62,121 nt of DNA, filler included, from Sluysia triapertura (GCA_046118255.1; 5 parts of 5 records of this genome joined end to end with filler, not necessarily neighbours in it); one strand, 5' to 3'; shown: positions 13,336 to 28,200, numbered from the whole stretch's first letter. Made by a program: numbers and translations. Notes: generated by a model from the letters alone, not told the origin.

Positions 13336-14008
13336 CTGTATATTCAAATTATTTATATCAGTTTTTTGTTATTATGAACATTACATTGAGAATGAATATT
13401 TTATTGATTTTGGACTAAATCAGTTGATATTACTAACACAGAATTATTGATCTTTTGAATATTATTAACTTCATTGAGTTTCATTTAAAATTCTTTGAAA
13501 GTTTCATAAACTTTCATTAATTGATTTTGTGCATATTCTAAATTTTAAATCTCTTTTTTGATTTTTGGTTCAATTCATTAAATTTATTTGGAGAGTTTCC
13601 ATCTTCAAATAATTTTCATTAGATATTAAAATAGCTGTAGAATCTTCGTTTTTATTTTCATTTTCATACTGTTTTTCCGGAGATATCACCTAATTGTCAT
13701 ATATGTTCAATAAAGTTGATTTGATAATATTAATTAACCATTTAGCTGGATATAAAAATAAACAAAACAGTGCTCGTTTCGTTAAAAGAAACTGATTTTA
13801 CACACTAACTTCACCAACAACATTTCTATTAAAATCCTTGGATTCAAGAATTTCTATACAACTATTTTTCATACAATCTTTATCAGGTAAATTAATTGTT
13901 TAATTTATATCGACAATGACTGCACAGTTTCATTACTCAATAATTTAATTATATAGAAGAATAGAAATAGCATAATTATTATTACTAATGTATTAAAAAT
14001 CATTTGTT

Positions 14009-14293
14009 TCATATTATACTGATAAAGATTATTGTTTGATTACACTGTTTTTTGTTCCTCGAACTATCGAATTTATAGTTCTTGCTTTTTAAAAAGTCAA
14101 TCAGTTTTAGTAATAAATTAACTGGCATGATTGACATAAAATTTGTTTTTTTACACTGTTGTACGACAAATTTACCATTACTGTAAATAGAATAAAGGAA
14201 TGTGCTAATACTATTAATGATAAAGAAAATAATGGCCGTTGGACTGCAAAATAATGTGTTTAAACTACGCGATTTCAAATGATTATTATTCAT
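14009..14293 (-). CDS. Possible first exon of the decayed MOV10L1-like copy, or unrelated ORF
   Basis: 94-aa ORF with a GTAATC donor-like site near 14043, upstream of stop-riddled coding-like sequence (13390-13890); no recognisable motif. Confidence 0.2.
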   Translation of the reverse strand: MNNNHLKSRSLNTLFCSPTAIIFFIINSISTFLYSIYSNGKFVVQQCKKTNFMSIMPVNLLLKLIDFLKSKNYKFDSSRNKKQCNQTIIFISII

Positions 14294-14739
14294 GGTCGAT
14301 TTTGAGATGTCGTTTCGTACGTAAATTTGAACCTAATTTTTTATAAGGTTCAATGTCAAAATTTTCATCATCTGATAAATTAGACCACTATAAACGTAGA
14401 TAAATATACATACAAATTCTTACAAACAAAAGAATAAAGAAAGGTGAAGTGTGAAAGAAACAAAAATCATAATGATAACAATAATATAATTATTATATTT
14501 TAATATGATGATATTGATGACGTTGTGACATTATAAGAATTATTATATGAAATTATTATAAGGATCGTTATTACAAATGGATTTATAATAACAATAACTA
14601 TAACTCGTGATAATTGTACATAATGGCTATATTTGTTTTGGGATGATTCAAGTAGTTTATTTAGCGTTCTGTGTATGTAAGAAACGTTCTAATGTGATGA
14701 AGTGTGCTTGTGAATTTTATATGATTTTCTTACAACAGA

Positions 14740-15130
14740 TTTTGGTTTACAATATTTAGAATAATACACTACCTTTTACGTATAAAACAGGTAATTTTTA
14801 AAGCCGGTTACACTTAATTATTGGTCGAGTGATTAAAGATCCACATCTGATACACATAACATCATCTTTACATGTTTTACCAACGCGATTGTATTATCCA
14901 GATTAGTATTAATTCCGAGACAACATTTAACCAATTTACAGTATTCAATATAACAATTATTAGTGACGAGGTCAATAATAGGTGATTTCATAAAAATACT
15001 TGTAAAAATATTTATTCGATTGTGGACTTGAAGATTATTGATGAGGATATTAAGTCTTTATTTGGACAATAATTGTATAGTGTATATAATTTGTTTCCAA
15101 TTAAATCAATTTTCACCACATGTGTTTTGT
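14740..15130 (-). mobile_element. Non-LTR retrotransposon ORF1 (gag-like CCHC knuckles) relic
   Basis: MCIRCGS followed by a TCFxxKG-like segment, the spacing of triple zinc knuckles in Jockey/I-type ORF1; frameshifted. Confidence 0.4.
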
Positions 15131-15526
15131 TTCTAGTTGCGAGAAGCTACTTTCTAATGAAATAATTTAAATTAAGTTTGATTTTAGCATTTACAGGTTA
15201 TCCTAATTCTGATAAGTTATTTTAAAGAAATTGTTTTACGGAGCCATTAAAATAAATAATGTATAATCATCAAATATATGTTTTAATATACTGTCCCAAA
15301 AGTAATGTACCACTTTTTCGAAAAAGATTAAAAAACAATATTTCTATTCAAAATATAAACATTCTTAACTACGTAACTGTTTAATATTCATATTAATTTT
15401 GCTCGTAGAAGCCAAAAATTCTTTAATCTGGTGATCCAAACGCAAGATAAATTAACGATTTATTATTATAATTCTAAATTAATTAGGTCTTTGTACAAGA
15501 AATTTCACAATTGCCCTATTTCCTTA

Positions 15527-15667
15527 TTATAAGGTGCACCTTAAAAAATATTTTAAGTTAAATTTTAGGAGGTATACCTTATAATCCGCTGAAGTAAGTA
15601 GGCTAAATAGATGGTTTATAATTTTTTTCTTTTTTAAGATGCGCCATATAGTCCAGAAAAGACGGTA
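15527..15667. mobile_element. Tc2/pogo-type MITE right end
   Basis: GCGCCATATAGTCCAGAAAAGACGG+TA resembles the reverse complement of TA-CCGTATTTTCCGGACTATAAGGCGC TIRs; internal TATAAGGTGCACC motif. Confidence 0.5.
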
Positions 15668-16029
15668 TATTTTTCATTTTAGATAATTAGTAAATGGTTC
15701 ATATTATTTGTTTATAGGTTTTAATTTAACTAATTACTAATGGTTATCATTTATTATTATAAATTAATTATGACGTTCTGATTATACAATTTGGTTGCAT
15801 ATATAAGCATTTATTATTATAAATATAACTAATTATTAATTATTAATAATTCGTTATATTCGGAGAATATTTTTGTATTATTGTTTATTCTTGTAGTTTA
15901 AATGTTGATCTACGAGGTCTAATTTTTAACATTTTTTTATAATTCGTAGTTAAAATTAGTTATAAGAAAATGTGTCGGATAGGATATGTTCAAACTATAA
16001 TAGACAGTTAGTCATGAAGGCTGTTATAA

Positions 16030-16250
16030 ATCGAAATGAAGTAATAGCTGCAGTTGTATTGTTAATAGATGAGGCAGATTATACCAGAATTTAATTTTCG
16101 ACTACAATTCATTTAATAAATTATAAATGAATCAACAAAGAATCAGTGCATGTTCATGAATTTCCACAATTATATTCGAGAACAAAACAAGAAATAATTA
16201 AAATACTAGAAATTCTGTACTACCAAGTAAGAGTATTTCAAAAAACAGTA
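16030..16250 (+). mobile_element. Possible PIF/Harbinger transposase N-terminal relic
   Basis: NEVIAAVVLLIDE ... MNQQRI / EFPQLY pieces resemble the IN..R...GEF..LY motif; frameshifted. Confidence 0.3.
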
Positions 16251-17226
16251 CTCCCATTATGTTGTAAAAATGTTAAAATAAATTCTACTTTGTAAATTTA
16301 TTGATTCCTGTAATAAATAGGTTTTAAATATAAAGTCGAATAATAATTTTGAAATGGTTAACCAAAGGCAAAGTTTGAAATTAACCTTACAACATTTATC
16401 AAATTACAATGTGAAGTTTAACAATTCTATAAAATTATTTATTTAAGCTTTGTAATTAATTTGCAGAAAAATAGCCAATGGGAACAAGTTTTATTAGTTT
16501 CCGTAATGAGCTAGTAAATGGAAAACAGTAAATGTTATAACAGCAATTTTAATTTGAATTTTGAGGTCTTTACATTTGTTATTCACACTATTTATATGAC
16601 GTATCATATTACGACAGAGCTAGGATTTTGTGGTTTTGAAAATTCTTATTCAAGCAGGATTCCTCTAAGTCAATAGATGTTATAATTGAACGTGCTGTTG
16701 TACCAGAAAAGATCTTATGATATGTTTGAAACAATTTGACCCGAGTTTTGATCTACAAGTGTTATATTTGCTATTATATACATTTGTATAACAATATTGT
16801 TAATAAAACATTTTAGTTCTTTAATTATAGCGGCATCCGACGTATGAATTATTATTCCTACTAAAAGTAGGCCAACCCTTAACAAAGAGGGCCACACAGT
16901 ATGTGAAATGATAAAATTGGACTCATTAGATATTTTCGTAAAATAGAAATAGCTCATACAGTTACTTCTCTGTAATCGTAGCAATTCATATCAGAAAATA
17001 TAAACCCATAAAGCTCTTGTGAATAGAACTATGAGTACTGAGTACTGGGACGCAGTATTTGAAACCCATTATAAATAGATATTTAACAAACTTTCTAGAG
17101 AGTGAATAGTTCGCCGAACAAATAGTATAATCACGTTATGCGTAATTTCCTGCGCGTTTGACATCAATTCTTATTATTCATATCATATGTAATCTTAAAT
17201 TTCAAATGTTATTTACATTGACTAAC

Positions 17227-17375
17227 TTATTTCGTAAGTCTTTTCTTGCTTCTTCTAATTCTGCCTCATCAATATCTTCCATTTCACTAACTGTTGTTTT
17301 TTCTCCGTTAATTAGTGCCGCAGTAATACGAGAAGAATTTTCTAATTCATTCAATTTTTGTTCATACATTGTTTT
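17227..17375 (-). CDS. Internal exon of an unidentified coiled-coil protein
   Basis: AG/GT-bounded 149-nt open exon: KTMYEQKLNELENSSRITAALINGEKTTVSEMEDIDEAELEEARKDLRN; a phase-compatible upstream exon may lie at ~18972-19047 (EYSMTHSRASAYMSASKVMDMKKLE). Confidence 0.5.
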
Positions 17376-20199
17376 CTAAATTTAAACATCCATATTAAGC
17401 AAAGAAAAATAGATGTTCGAAAATTTTTGACGCTAGAATTTTATCCATTCTAATTTATCTTAAAGCGAAAAAAATTATTTATCAATTTCAAAATATTTTC
17501 GTCATTTTGATAATTTATTTTGAAACGAAAATTTCAAAAATTTAATAATTAGCTAATGGTTCTAACATTAAATAAACATGCGTACTTGTTGTGGTTTTTT
17601 ATATCTTTAATATTTTTCTTAACACTAAACGTACAAAGTTTGATAAATACCTATTCATACGATCATTTGACCGGTATCTATACATAAAATTAAATTAAAA
17701 TTAAATCTACTTTAAATTAAAGAAAATGATCTCGACAATCATTTAAGTTTGTCTGAGCATTTCTAAGAAAATTTATACCGGATAATAAAATATTCAGTTT
17801 CATAATACTACAAAAATGAGACTACAAAAAGATACTTCGTATCACAGTTTTAATTGAATATGCCAAATTTCGACGACACAATATTGATAAAATAAGTGGG
17901 ATAAAATAATAGCTTTATAAAAGCGATTTCTACAAAGAGACACAAAACATATCAAACATTCTGTAATAATAATCATTATTTTATTTATGCAATTATTAAT
18001 AATCTTTATTTTATTATGTAGCAAATTAAATTAAAACTTTAATAATTTTATTTATGTAAAAACTTAAAATTTTATTTTAATAAATTAAATAATTAAAAAT
18101 AATTAGAAAATTGAAACTATTACTATTATTACTATTATTAAATTGAAATTTTATTATTATTATTATAATTATAAATTAGAAAACATTGTGAATTATTAAA
18201 AAAACATAATTTGTTTGTTTATAGTTTGTTGATAGTAACATAAAACTAATACAAATAAAATAGAATATTTGTTACAAATGATAAGACACAATTTTTATAG
18301 GTCTAATTTCAAAAATTTATCAACGAGATACTATAAATTAATTTCGAATAAATTGGATTGTTACGTTTTCTGGCTGATTATTTACTATTCTTTTATTAAA
18401 GAATCGTTAGTTTTATATACTTTAAGATATATCAATTTTATAAGATAAAATAAACTTAAAATTAAATTAAAATCTGTGTGTAAGTTTATTTACTAAATAA
18501 AATCATCTTATAATATTCCTAGATATAATATTAATTAAAAAATTAATATTATTAATAAAATTAATATTATTAATAATCATTTTATATCAAAATTATATTA
18601 CAAAATTTTTGAGATAACGAATAAATTAAATAGTAATATATTGATTATTGTTTTGTATAATTATGCTTTTCATTGAATAATTATCTGTTAATTTTTTAAG
18701 CACGAACAATTTTTATAAATAGTAGATTCTTAATTATTGTGTATTTTTATGAAATTGTATCTTTTTCTTAAAAAATTGATTTTATTGTAATAAATAATTA
18801 CGTTATAGTGTCTTATTTTCATTCTTAACGAAAGAAATCAAGTTATAATTTTTATTAAAAAAATCCTTTACGGTAATAAAAGTTATCTGATTAGTGATAA
18901 AATCAAACAGATCATTTTAAATCACAAATAAAATCAGAAAATTAACAAAGTAAAAACCAATTACCATTTACCTCCAATTTTTTCATATCCATTACTTTCG
19001 ACGCTGACATATATGCGCTGGCCCTTGAGTGCGTCATAGAGTACTCACTTAAGATATATTAATATGAACTTTAAAGTAAAGCAAAAGCAAATTATAGCAT
19101 TACTATTATTATTTAATTTTTCGTTCTAATTCTATTAATAATTTTTCATTATCAGTTTCTTACATTCCACAAATTTTATTATTTATATTAATTTAATTTC
19201 AATATTACTTTGATAATTAAATTAATTTTTATTATTAATTTAATTTTAAGTCCTTTTGATTCAACAACATATAACCTAACTCTTAAGTAAGCTAACAACA
19301 TTATAATAATTTAATGAGAATTGATTTTAATATTTTGTTTTTAGAGTGTGATAACATTTAAAATATAAGATTCAGATTCGTTTAATTTTGTTAAAAATAA
19401 AAACGCATCAACGCTATATAAAATATATATCAGATTCGGATTTATTTTAGTTTATCCAATTGTTACTTAATTAAAATAATAATTTCTTGCGTTGTTTCCG
19501 TTCAGTTACATCGCAAGACTTCGATTTTTTATCAACATTTTTCATTAAATATAGCTTTTTCTAAAAATATCACATCAATCGAACGTTATTTAAAAGAGCT
19601 TAATTATTTACTTTAGTTAAGTTAATTTTATCAATTTTATACTGTAACACATATTTTAAGATTTTTAACACTTTTTGTGCTGTCTCAACTTATACAATTT
19701 AAGTTAACACACCATAATTCACAAATCAAATAATAAACTTCTAACTTTAACTCCAACTATTAATTCACTTACAATCTAATCATCAAATAATACCTTTTTA
19801 CTAAATAAAAGTTATTTATTGTATTACTTAATACATTCATCAAATTCATAAAAATATACAATTATAATACCTAAAATCAATAATGTATTATCAATATTAC
19901 GTGACTATCAAAAATGGGTTATGCAACTTTTACTAAAACTCAGAAATTGAAATTTGATTGACAACCGATGAAATGCGAATTAGCTACATTAGTGTTTCAA
20001 TTCACAATTCATTCGAGCAAGTTTTGTGATTTATTATTCGTGTAAATTGAAAATTAAAAAACATGGGCGAAAAATAAGCGATAATGATAAAATTAAAATT
20101 GTTGGCTTTAAAAATTTTTTTTGGCTCATCACTAGTAACTAATTGAAAAAACTAAAAAATCGAATAACACTTTCAATAAAGTAGATAAAAGTTCTTTGA

Positions 20200-20520
20200 T
20201 ATCACATGAACTAATTCAGCTTAATGATATAATAGAATAAAAGATCTAGTTAGATACCTTCATGATGCATTTGAAACGTGTGTGAAGTCATTATATGAAT
20301 TATTATATGAAGTCATTATATGAAATCAAAATAAACGATTTAGTTAAATATTATCATGATGCTCTATTTGAAACTAAATACAAAGCATTAGATGAATTAA
20401 TTTATACAAAGACATTAGTAAAATAAATGATTTGGTCATATATTATCATGATGTTGTTTTAAAAACCAAATGGAAAATTTAAATGAAATAATTCAGCTTA
20501 GAGATATCATTAGAATAAAG
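20200..20520 (+). repeat. Degenerate ~92-94 bp tandem repeat, coding-like
   Basis: Unit starts near 20234, 20328, 20420, 20512; best unit reads KINDLVKYYHDALFETKYKALDELI. Confidence 0.6.
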
Positions 20521-23500
20521 ATATCATCAACTTAAAGATATAATTTGTTAGAGTCTGCCTTAGAGAATAATAAAATTTCGTCAGATATCTAGAAGTATTC
20601 AATTATTCAAACTTAATGTTGAAGCTTGCTGTAGTACTACCAAGCTGTACAATCCTATTCAAAACCTATATGATAATTTCAGTAAGTGTCTTATGTGTAA
20701 TTATTCTCATTTTATTATTAACAATTATTATTATATTATTGATAAATCAGTGTAGTATTATATTTAGTGTTTTGTCTTGGGAATGTTAATGATATGGAGT
20801 AAGTAAATTTAAGAGGCACGAGAATTACATTCTAGATGGAAGTTGAAATAAACTTTCCCCAATTCTTATCATTCTGTATTCAGATTGAAATAAAACAGAG
20901 CCAAAATTCGAAAATGCATTGTCTTAAACAAATCCATAAGTGATAACTCACACTGAATTATTTTGATGAAATTTTATGCTTTCACACTTGGAAAAGTAAT
21001 TTATGTTAATTTTTATTATGTTTTATTAACTTTATTAATTTTTTATTAACTTTTATTATGTTAATTTTATAATTTTTTATTAATTTCATAAATTCCATCA
21101 ATTTTATTTGTATTTTATTATTAATTTGATTTTTATTGATTTAATTTTAGATCCTGAATTACAGATGATTTCATCAGTATAAGTCTTAGATATATACATG
21201 TATGTAAATAAATTCATTTTATGTACTTATTAATTCTGTATTATGTCTACCACTAATAAAACCCATGGAAAACAAATTTACTTTCCAATACTTTAACAAA
21301 TTAATAAATTTTCTTTTGAATTCAAATTATAAAACTTTCTGTAGCCTTAGTGAATTTAATTAATAAGCACCATATTTAAAATATAAGTCTATTTTTCGAC
21401 ACTGGATTACCTTCAGGTCTGTTTGAAATTGATATTACTACAAAACTTCATAAAAGATGGACATTTTTGCAAAGTTAATTCTAATTTGAATTATTAAAAA
21501 TAAAAGAATGTAACAAATTAATTATGTAAAATGTAAAAATAATTTACAATTAATATACCAATTATATAGTTGTAACAATAACATATGTTTCTGTGTAATC
21601 ATGAGGCTGGTTATTTACAATAACATTATAAAGTTTATTTATTTGATGTTCCACTTGTTGTGGTTGTTGATCATGATGATGAGGAATTAATCTAGTTGTA
21701 TTATGATGGCTTTGACTACCAAATAAACAATCTCGTTTAGTATGATTATGATAATCTCGATATCGTTCGCATCTGAAAAATATTTGTACTAATAAGATTA
21801 AAGAAATAATTTTATTTTTATTTTCTTTTCGAAACATAGCTCTTTTAAGAACCATACATCATTTTATTCCATAAATTTAGCTGACTTTAAGAATTCATTT
21901 TATTAATAATATTGGATAAACTGCAACTCTGGAATATTACCGATTGCATGCAGCACATTAATAAATCTTTTGTATGAATGATATTGATTTATTATAATAA
22001 AATCAAGAAATAATAAATGAATAATTTAAGAAAACTTATGATTAATTCCACCATGCAAATTCTGATCACAATGAAAATTGATTAGTTATTTCTGAATTAC
22101 GTTTAGTTTTGTTTTAAAAAGATATAATTATTAAATGAATCGAATAGTGATGAATCAATTGTAAATAAATATGAGAAGTTAAAAATAGAAAAGATAATTG
22201 TTAATAAAAATTGGTGAAATTTGTAGATCAATGGATGGTTCAGTGAAAGTAGAAGATGTTCTAGAAATTAAATTATTTCTCCTAATAAGTTAGAAAATGT
22301 CATCTGAAACAGTGTTCAGAATTGATTGAAAAATCAAATGAATATAAAAAATTAAGCAGCAATTTAATTAAAAAAAAGCTGCAAAATAGTTTTAATCACA
22401 GATGATGATAAAAATAGTGAATAAAAACTACAGAATAAATAATTATAAAAAACCAAGAATAACAATTTATTAATTGAGTTTCTGATAAGGAAAATATTAT
22501 ATCACTTAATGATTATATTACCCAATCTTATCTTAATTACAAGTTAGATAATCCAAATGTGGTTCTACCTAAACATGATGTTAGTGGTAGTGATGTAACC
22601 AGTAATATTGACAAAAATAAAGAAATGGATTGATTAGTTAAAGATCATGAAATTTTAGACCTTTTGCTCTCTAAACCTAGCGGAGATATAAAATTTTGTA
22701 AAATCTTATTTGATGCTATTAGTAAAAACAGTCGACTCTCATAATGAGTCATTTAAAATAAATAAATCTAATATTAAAATAATTATAAATTATTTGGTGA
22801 ACATAATAAAAATCACAATTAAAGTGATGAAATTACTTCGTCTCAAAGAAACCAAAATAAATATCTTTAAGATATAAAATTTTATACAGAACCTACAATA
22901 GTAATATAGGTGATTGGTGACATACCGTTTATTTTTCAATAATATGCAATCTACTACCAGGAATATTAAATTACTGTAAGATCATAAAATGTTTAAAGTG
23001 TTGAATTTTTAAATTAACGACAATAATTACATAATTACATAGTTTGAATCTTAATGTATAGTAACAAAGTATGTCACAAAGTATGTAACATCATAAATCA
23101 AATCTTTTTATAATAGTTAAGTATAACTGAATATAAATAAGTCTTTTTATGACTATTAATTATAATTCACAATAAATCAATCTATTTATAGCAATCAATT
23201 ATAACTCAAAATAAGTCAGTAAAAATATAAATCAATTCCAGGGTTTACAAAGCAGATAAATGTTAACAATAACAATAACAAATAACAATAAATTAAAAAT
23301 AAAAACTCAAGATCCAACTAACCACAAATAAGTCAGTTAAAAACAAAATTTTCTCGATTAGTATAATTTAATTGTTGGGGTCGTCAGAGGATAAAGTGAA
23401 TGTAAGGATGCGCAACTTGAAAGCAAAGGGATTAAGGTTTTCTAATATTTTACAAAAAATTTATAAGTACATTTAATTAAAATTATTTGAAAATCATTTT

Positions 23501-23718
23501 TACTCAGTAACTTTGCGTATGATGCATATGAAATTTATCAGTGTTATGAAGGTTGGGAATTCCATTTAATTATTATCATGTCGACATATATGCTCATTTC
23601 CTAAAGTCGGTTTTATGCCGACCAATTTTAATAATTAAATTTGAACATTAATTTCTGTCGAATTTCCGTCATAGTATTATCTAGCAATTATCCAAAGATA
23701 ATAAAATTTAATAAATAA

Positions 23719-23719
<1 letters not shown>

Positions 23720-23786
<67 letters not shown>
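23720..23786. repeat. (AAT)n microsatellite at scaffold end
   Basis: Perfect AAT array. Confidence 0.95.
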
Positions 23787-23886
23787 NNNNNNNNNNNNNN
23801 NNNNNNNNNNNNNNNNNNNNNNNNNNNNNNTTAATTAATTAANNNNNNNNNNNNNNNNNNNNNNNNNNNNNNNNNNNNNNNNNNNN
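23787..23886. other. Artificial scaffold linker
   Basis: N44-TTAATTAATTAA-N44. Confidence 0.95.
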
Positions 23887-24022
23887 GAACTAAAAATTAT
23901 TACGAAAGTTATTATGTTAAATTATTGTATAATTATTTAATCATTTCCCCCAATGAAATCGATCATTATATAACTATTATTTTAATAATTAGTAGAAAAT
24001 ATTTCATATTTGTTTTACTTTT

Positions 24023-24173
24023 AATTTGTCAGTAAAATTTTATCTGAAAAATTACTGAGAAAATTTCCCAATTCCAATTTTATATCAATTTCTTCAACAA
24101 TTTTATTAGTTGAGTCGTGTTTTGTAAAACTAAAACTAAAACCCCCATCAGCATCATCAATGCTCTTACTCAT
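24023..24173 (-). mobile_element. Possible hAT transposase C-terminal relic
   Basis: DDADGGFSFSF...EIDIKLELGNFLSNFSDKI resembles the region preceding the hAT dimerisation domain; weak. Confidence 0.25.
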
Positions 24174-24381
24174 TTTTTAAGTGTATAAGTGTATAAGAAA
24201 TGCACTTACGTGAGTGTTAAATTAACAATTAATAATACGACTTTGAAGTACAATATTGGTACTAATGGAAATAAGAAATAAGACTGAAATGGTTAAATGA
24301 ACGCTTTTGGAATGTTTCCAAGGTCAGGAAGTAGATATTAAAACTACTAAAATAGTGCTAGATCTCATTGCTTTCGTTATT

Positions 24382-24384
<3 letters not shown>

Positions 24385-24434
<50 letters not shown>
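24385..24434. repeat. (ATT)n microsatellite
   Basis: Direct inspection. Confidence 0.9.
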
Positions 24435-24479
24435 CCATTTTTACGACAATTATCAAAATATAGTTTCAAGAAGATAATT

Positions 24480-24895
24480 ATTGAGATATTATCGAATTAA
24501 ATGGAGGTAGTTGATGGTTGCAAAATGAAATAAATGAGTTATATTTATTCGGCTTAATTATCTATTTAAATTATTTTAGACTAACTTTCACTTTCATTAC
24601 CCTCATTAAAATGGAGTGTCGGGTCGATAAAAATGAATATTTCTGGCATCTACTCCTTTTCTATTTTAATCAACATTTAAACGCTGTAAAAGTCACATTA
24701 GAAAACGAAGAAGCAATAACAACATCGATTGAAGATTTTTTTTGTCGACCAAAAATCACCAAACGTTGGATTGAGACTGAGATATTTGTTTTTCTAATGA
24801 TTTGTTATCTAGAATTTTTTGCATGATTTTTATTCTTGATCAGTATGCATTTTTCATAATTGTAAAAAACCATACAAACTCAATATAATGTATTA
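24480..24895 (+). mobile_element. Internally deleted mariner element
   Basis: From ATG 24611, MECRVDKNEYFWHLLLFYFNQHLNAVK (mariner N-terminal HTH, cf. EHFRHLLLFxFN) is joined directly to ENEEAITTSIEDFF...KRW (mariner C-terminus). TIRs degenerate, boundaries approximate. Confidence 0.65.
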
Positions 24896-27800
24896 TATAA
24901 AAGCGATATCCTTAACTCATTTGTGTTAAGTTATTAAAAGCCTTAACTTAATAACAATTCGAAAATATAATAACTAATTTATTTTATTGGTTCTCTAAAC
25001 ACGTGTTTACTTATCATTATTGTTAGATTTCTTTATTAGAAATTACAATATTAAGAAAATTACATATAAAATTATTCTAACATTTCTTAGATTTTTGGAT
25101 ATCGTCAAATGAGTTAATATTGCTTATAATTTTAATAGTTAATTTTGACACGAGTAGAAAGGTAGAAAAGTTAGGACATGTATAATATTTTATTAAAAAC
25201 CCTATTCCGATTATGTTGTTGAATTAGAATGACTTACAGACGTAATAAATTGCTAAGTCGGATAAAAATTAATAACGATAAAAATAATTAATGAAATTAT
25301 TGAATAATAAATCGTACTTAACAGAAAAGTAAAATAAAAATATTTTCGTATATGTATTGAAATACCTTTCAAGGTATAAAATAGGTAAAAGTACTTTTGT
25401 CAGTTAATATAATTAACTTAAGTTGAAAATGGTTTTGATCGAAGTAGTATTTTAGAAATATCAGAGTATTTCAGTGAAAATTAACGGATGTAAAGAATTA
25501 CATATGCTAGAATGATAGGATAAACGAGAAACATATATAGAATGAAGTGTTGTTCAGACACCATTCTGAATGTGATGTTTAGTCATTCAAGAATGATACA
25601 CTGTGAAAGTAGTTTTCTTATGTTAAAAGTTATTAAAAGTAGATAAAATTGAATCAAATATTAAGTTGATAGTTATATGAGATAATATAATGTTTGATAA
25701 AAATAGAAAAGAATGTATAATGTAAAACTAATCAATCACAAACAAAAAAATTGGGTAGATTTGATTGTATTGGTTTTGACCAATGGTTTTAGGCTAAGTG
25801 AATTCAAAGAGATTGTTTATAGATCTTAAATTAGACTTGAATATTTGTACTCTAACGACAATGTGCATAATTTAATTTAATAAAGTATTACTAAGATATT
25901 CATCTTGAATTTTGGATTATTCCATCTTTGGTTTATGTATTTGTGTAATTTTTATATAATCGTGCTTTGTAACTACTAGTTATCAAATTATTATCATATT
26001 ATCAAATTCATATATGATAGTTAATTTTGTTATATTGATAATATAATTGCGATTAAATATTAATTTGATTTTGTCCTTTAATTTTAAAAGATAAAATTAA
26101 AGTATTGTTATAAAGCCTAAAAGAACAAAAGTGGATAAAAGAGTCTATGAAAATACCTCTTTATACATAGTTCTGGCACTTATAATATTAATAATAATAA
26201 TAATAATGTTTGAATAGCTTCAAAATTCTTTTATTTAATCTTATCATTTAGTGTAAGATAAATGTATTTCAATGTAACTAGAAAAAAATAATAAAATTCG
26301 ATTTATAATCAAAGGTATATTAAACCCATTATAAATCTTCATAAAACAATTGTTGTAACAAATTTCATATTATTAAATTTACATGAAGTTTTTTTGTAAA
26401 ACATCTTTATTTAGCATCATGAAAATTCTTATTTACAATATCATCAGTGCGAATTATGTCGCTATATAAGAAACTAAATGAAATACTCTTGTTTCTGGAA
26501 CCATATTGTTCAGATAATGAACTATGAGGGAAACAAAATACTGCTAATTTCTAAAAAAATGCATTTCTGAAAGATTTGACTAAGATTTGAACATCTTTGA
26601 GTAGATTTATTTACTACGTGAATGTTAATTTCGTCTGATCGATGGTAAACACTTCATATTCACGACATTCTTCCAGTAATCTATATAATTCAGCTGGTAT
26701 TGTAATTAAATGTTTGACTGTCACTTTTACAAAATAATATCATCTAGAATTGCGATTTTTCACACACTTCTGCAGACATTAGAATCAATTAAAATCAATA
26801 CAGAGCTTTCAAAGAGTTTAGAAAATATAAACAAATTATTACTTTTTTATTATATTAATTGGCTTATTATTATTTTTATTATTAGTAGTAGTATTATTAT
26901 AAAAATGTTTCTAAAGTAATTATTTGAGGTCATTATCACCACATGTTTATGTTATACAATATTTAGCGGTACAAAATTATCCATTCAGAGAAGCAATTAA
27001 TATATAATTAATGCAAATTTTTCAAAATAGTTCAAACTATTCGAATATTTTACCATTGTTGGAGATTCATCTCTTAAACGTGTTTATGAAAAATGAATAC
27101 ATTCATTATTATTTGGAAAANNNNNNNNNNNNNNNNNNNNNNNNNNNNNNNNNNNNNNNNNNNNNNNNNNNNNNNNNNNNNNNNNNNNNNNNNNNNNNNN
27201 NNNNNNNNNNNNNNNNNNNNNNNNNNNNNNNNNNNNNNNNNNNNNNNNNNNNNNNNNNNAAATAAAATTCTGTTAATTTGTAAAGCTCCAAATCTTAAAA
27301 AGTAAGTCAAATAAGTGATCCTTAATGAAAATATTTTAATATAATAATTCCATAAATCTAAAACTTCGAAATTACTTTTACTTTCGAAATGACTTTGGTA
27401 ATTTTTTTGTTTTTTGTGAAATTAAAAATATTCCTTTAAAAATAACCCAACAATGCCACGAACGGCTCTACTTATACATTATCAATAAACATTATAATCG
27501 TACTAATTTGGAACTGTACTATATAGATAATTTAGTACAAATCAATAATTTTCATTTGCATATTTATATTTTGAACAAAAATAGATAAATATAAAATAAT
27601 AGACTGAAAAAATTAAGAAAATAAATTTAAATATTTTTTGACACTAAATAATATCTTAGACTAATTACGTTGTAAATTCCTCCTGTATTAATAATAAGCT
27701 ACATAATCTTCAATGATTTATGCATAATGTTTGAAAAATTAGAAATACTTNNNNNNNNNNNNNNNNNNNNNNNNNNNNNNNNNNNNNNNNNNNNNNNNNN

Positions 27801-27901
27801 NNNNNNNNNNNNNNNNNNNNNNNNNNNNNNNNNNNNNNNNNNNNNNNNNNNNNNNNNNNNNNNNNNNNNNNNNNNNNNNNNNNNNNNNNNNNNNNNNNNN
27901 N

Positions 27902-28200
27902 TAGTTGTAGTATTAGTAGTAATAGTAGTAGTAGAATTAGTAATAGTAGTAGTTGTAGTAGTAATAGAAGAAGAAATAATAGTAGTAGTAGTAGGAGGAG
28001 GAGTAGGAGTAGGAGTAATAGTAATAGTAGAAGTAGTTGTAGTAGTAGAAGAAGAAAAGGTTGTAGTAGTAGAAGAAGAAGTTGTAGTAGTAGTAGTTGT
28101 TGTAGTTATAGTAGTAGTAATATTATTAGTACCAGTAGTAGTAGTAGTGGTAATAGTTGTAGTAGTAGTTGTAGTATTAGTACCAGTAGTAGTAGTAGTA
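27902..28200. repeat. Compound (GTA/GTT/GAA)n trinucleotide repeat
   Basis: Source of spurious poly-Thr/poly-Val ORFs; abuts an N gap. Confidence 0.9.

Noticed and set aside
17585-17680. Possible 26-nt intron and two mini-exons upstream of the coiled-coil exon
   Set aside because: Phases do not join cleanly to the 17375 exon without a frameshift.
21562-21855. His/Gln-rich ORF with an acceptor-like site
   Set aside because: Could be an exon but no homology or phase-consistent partner found.
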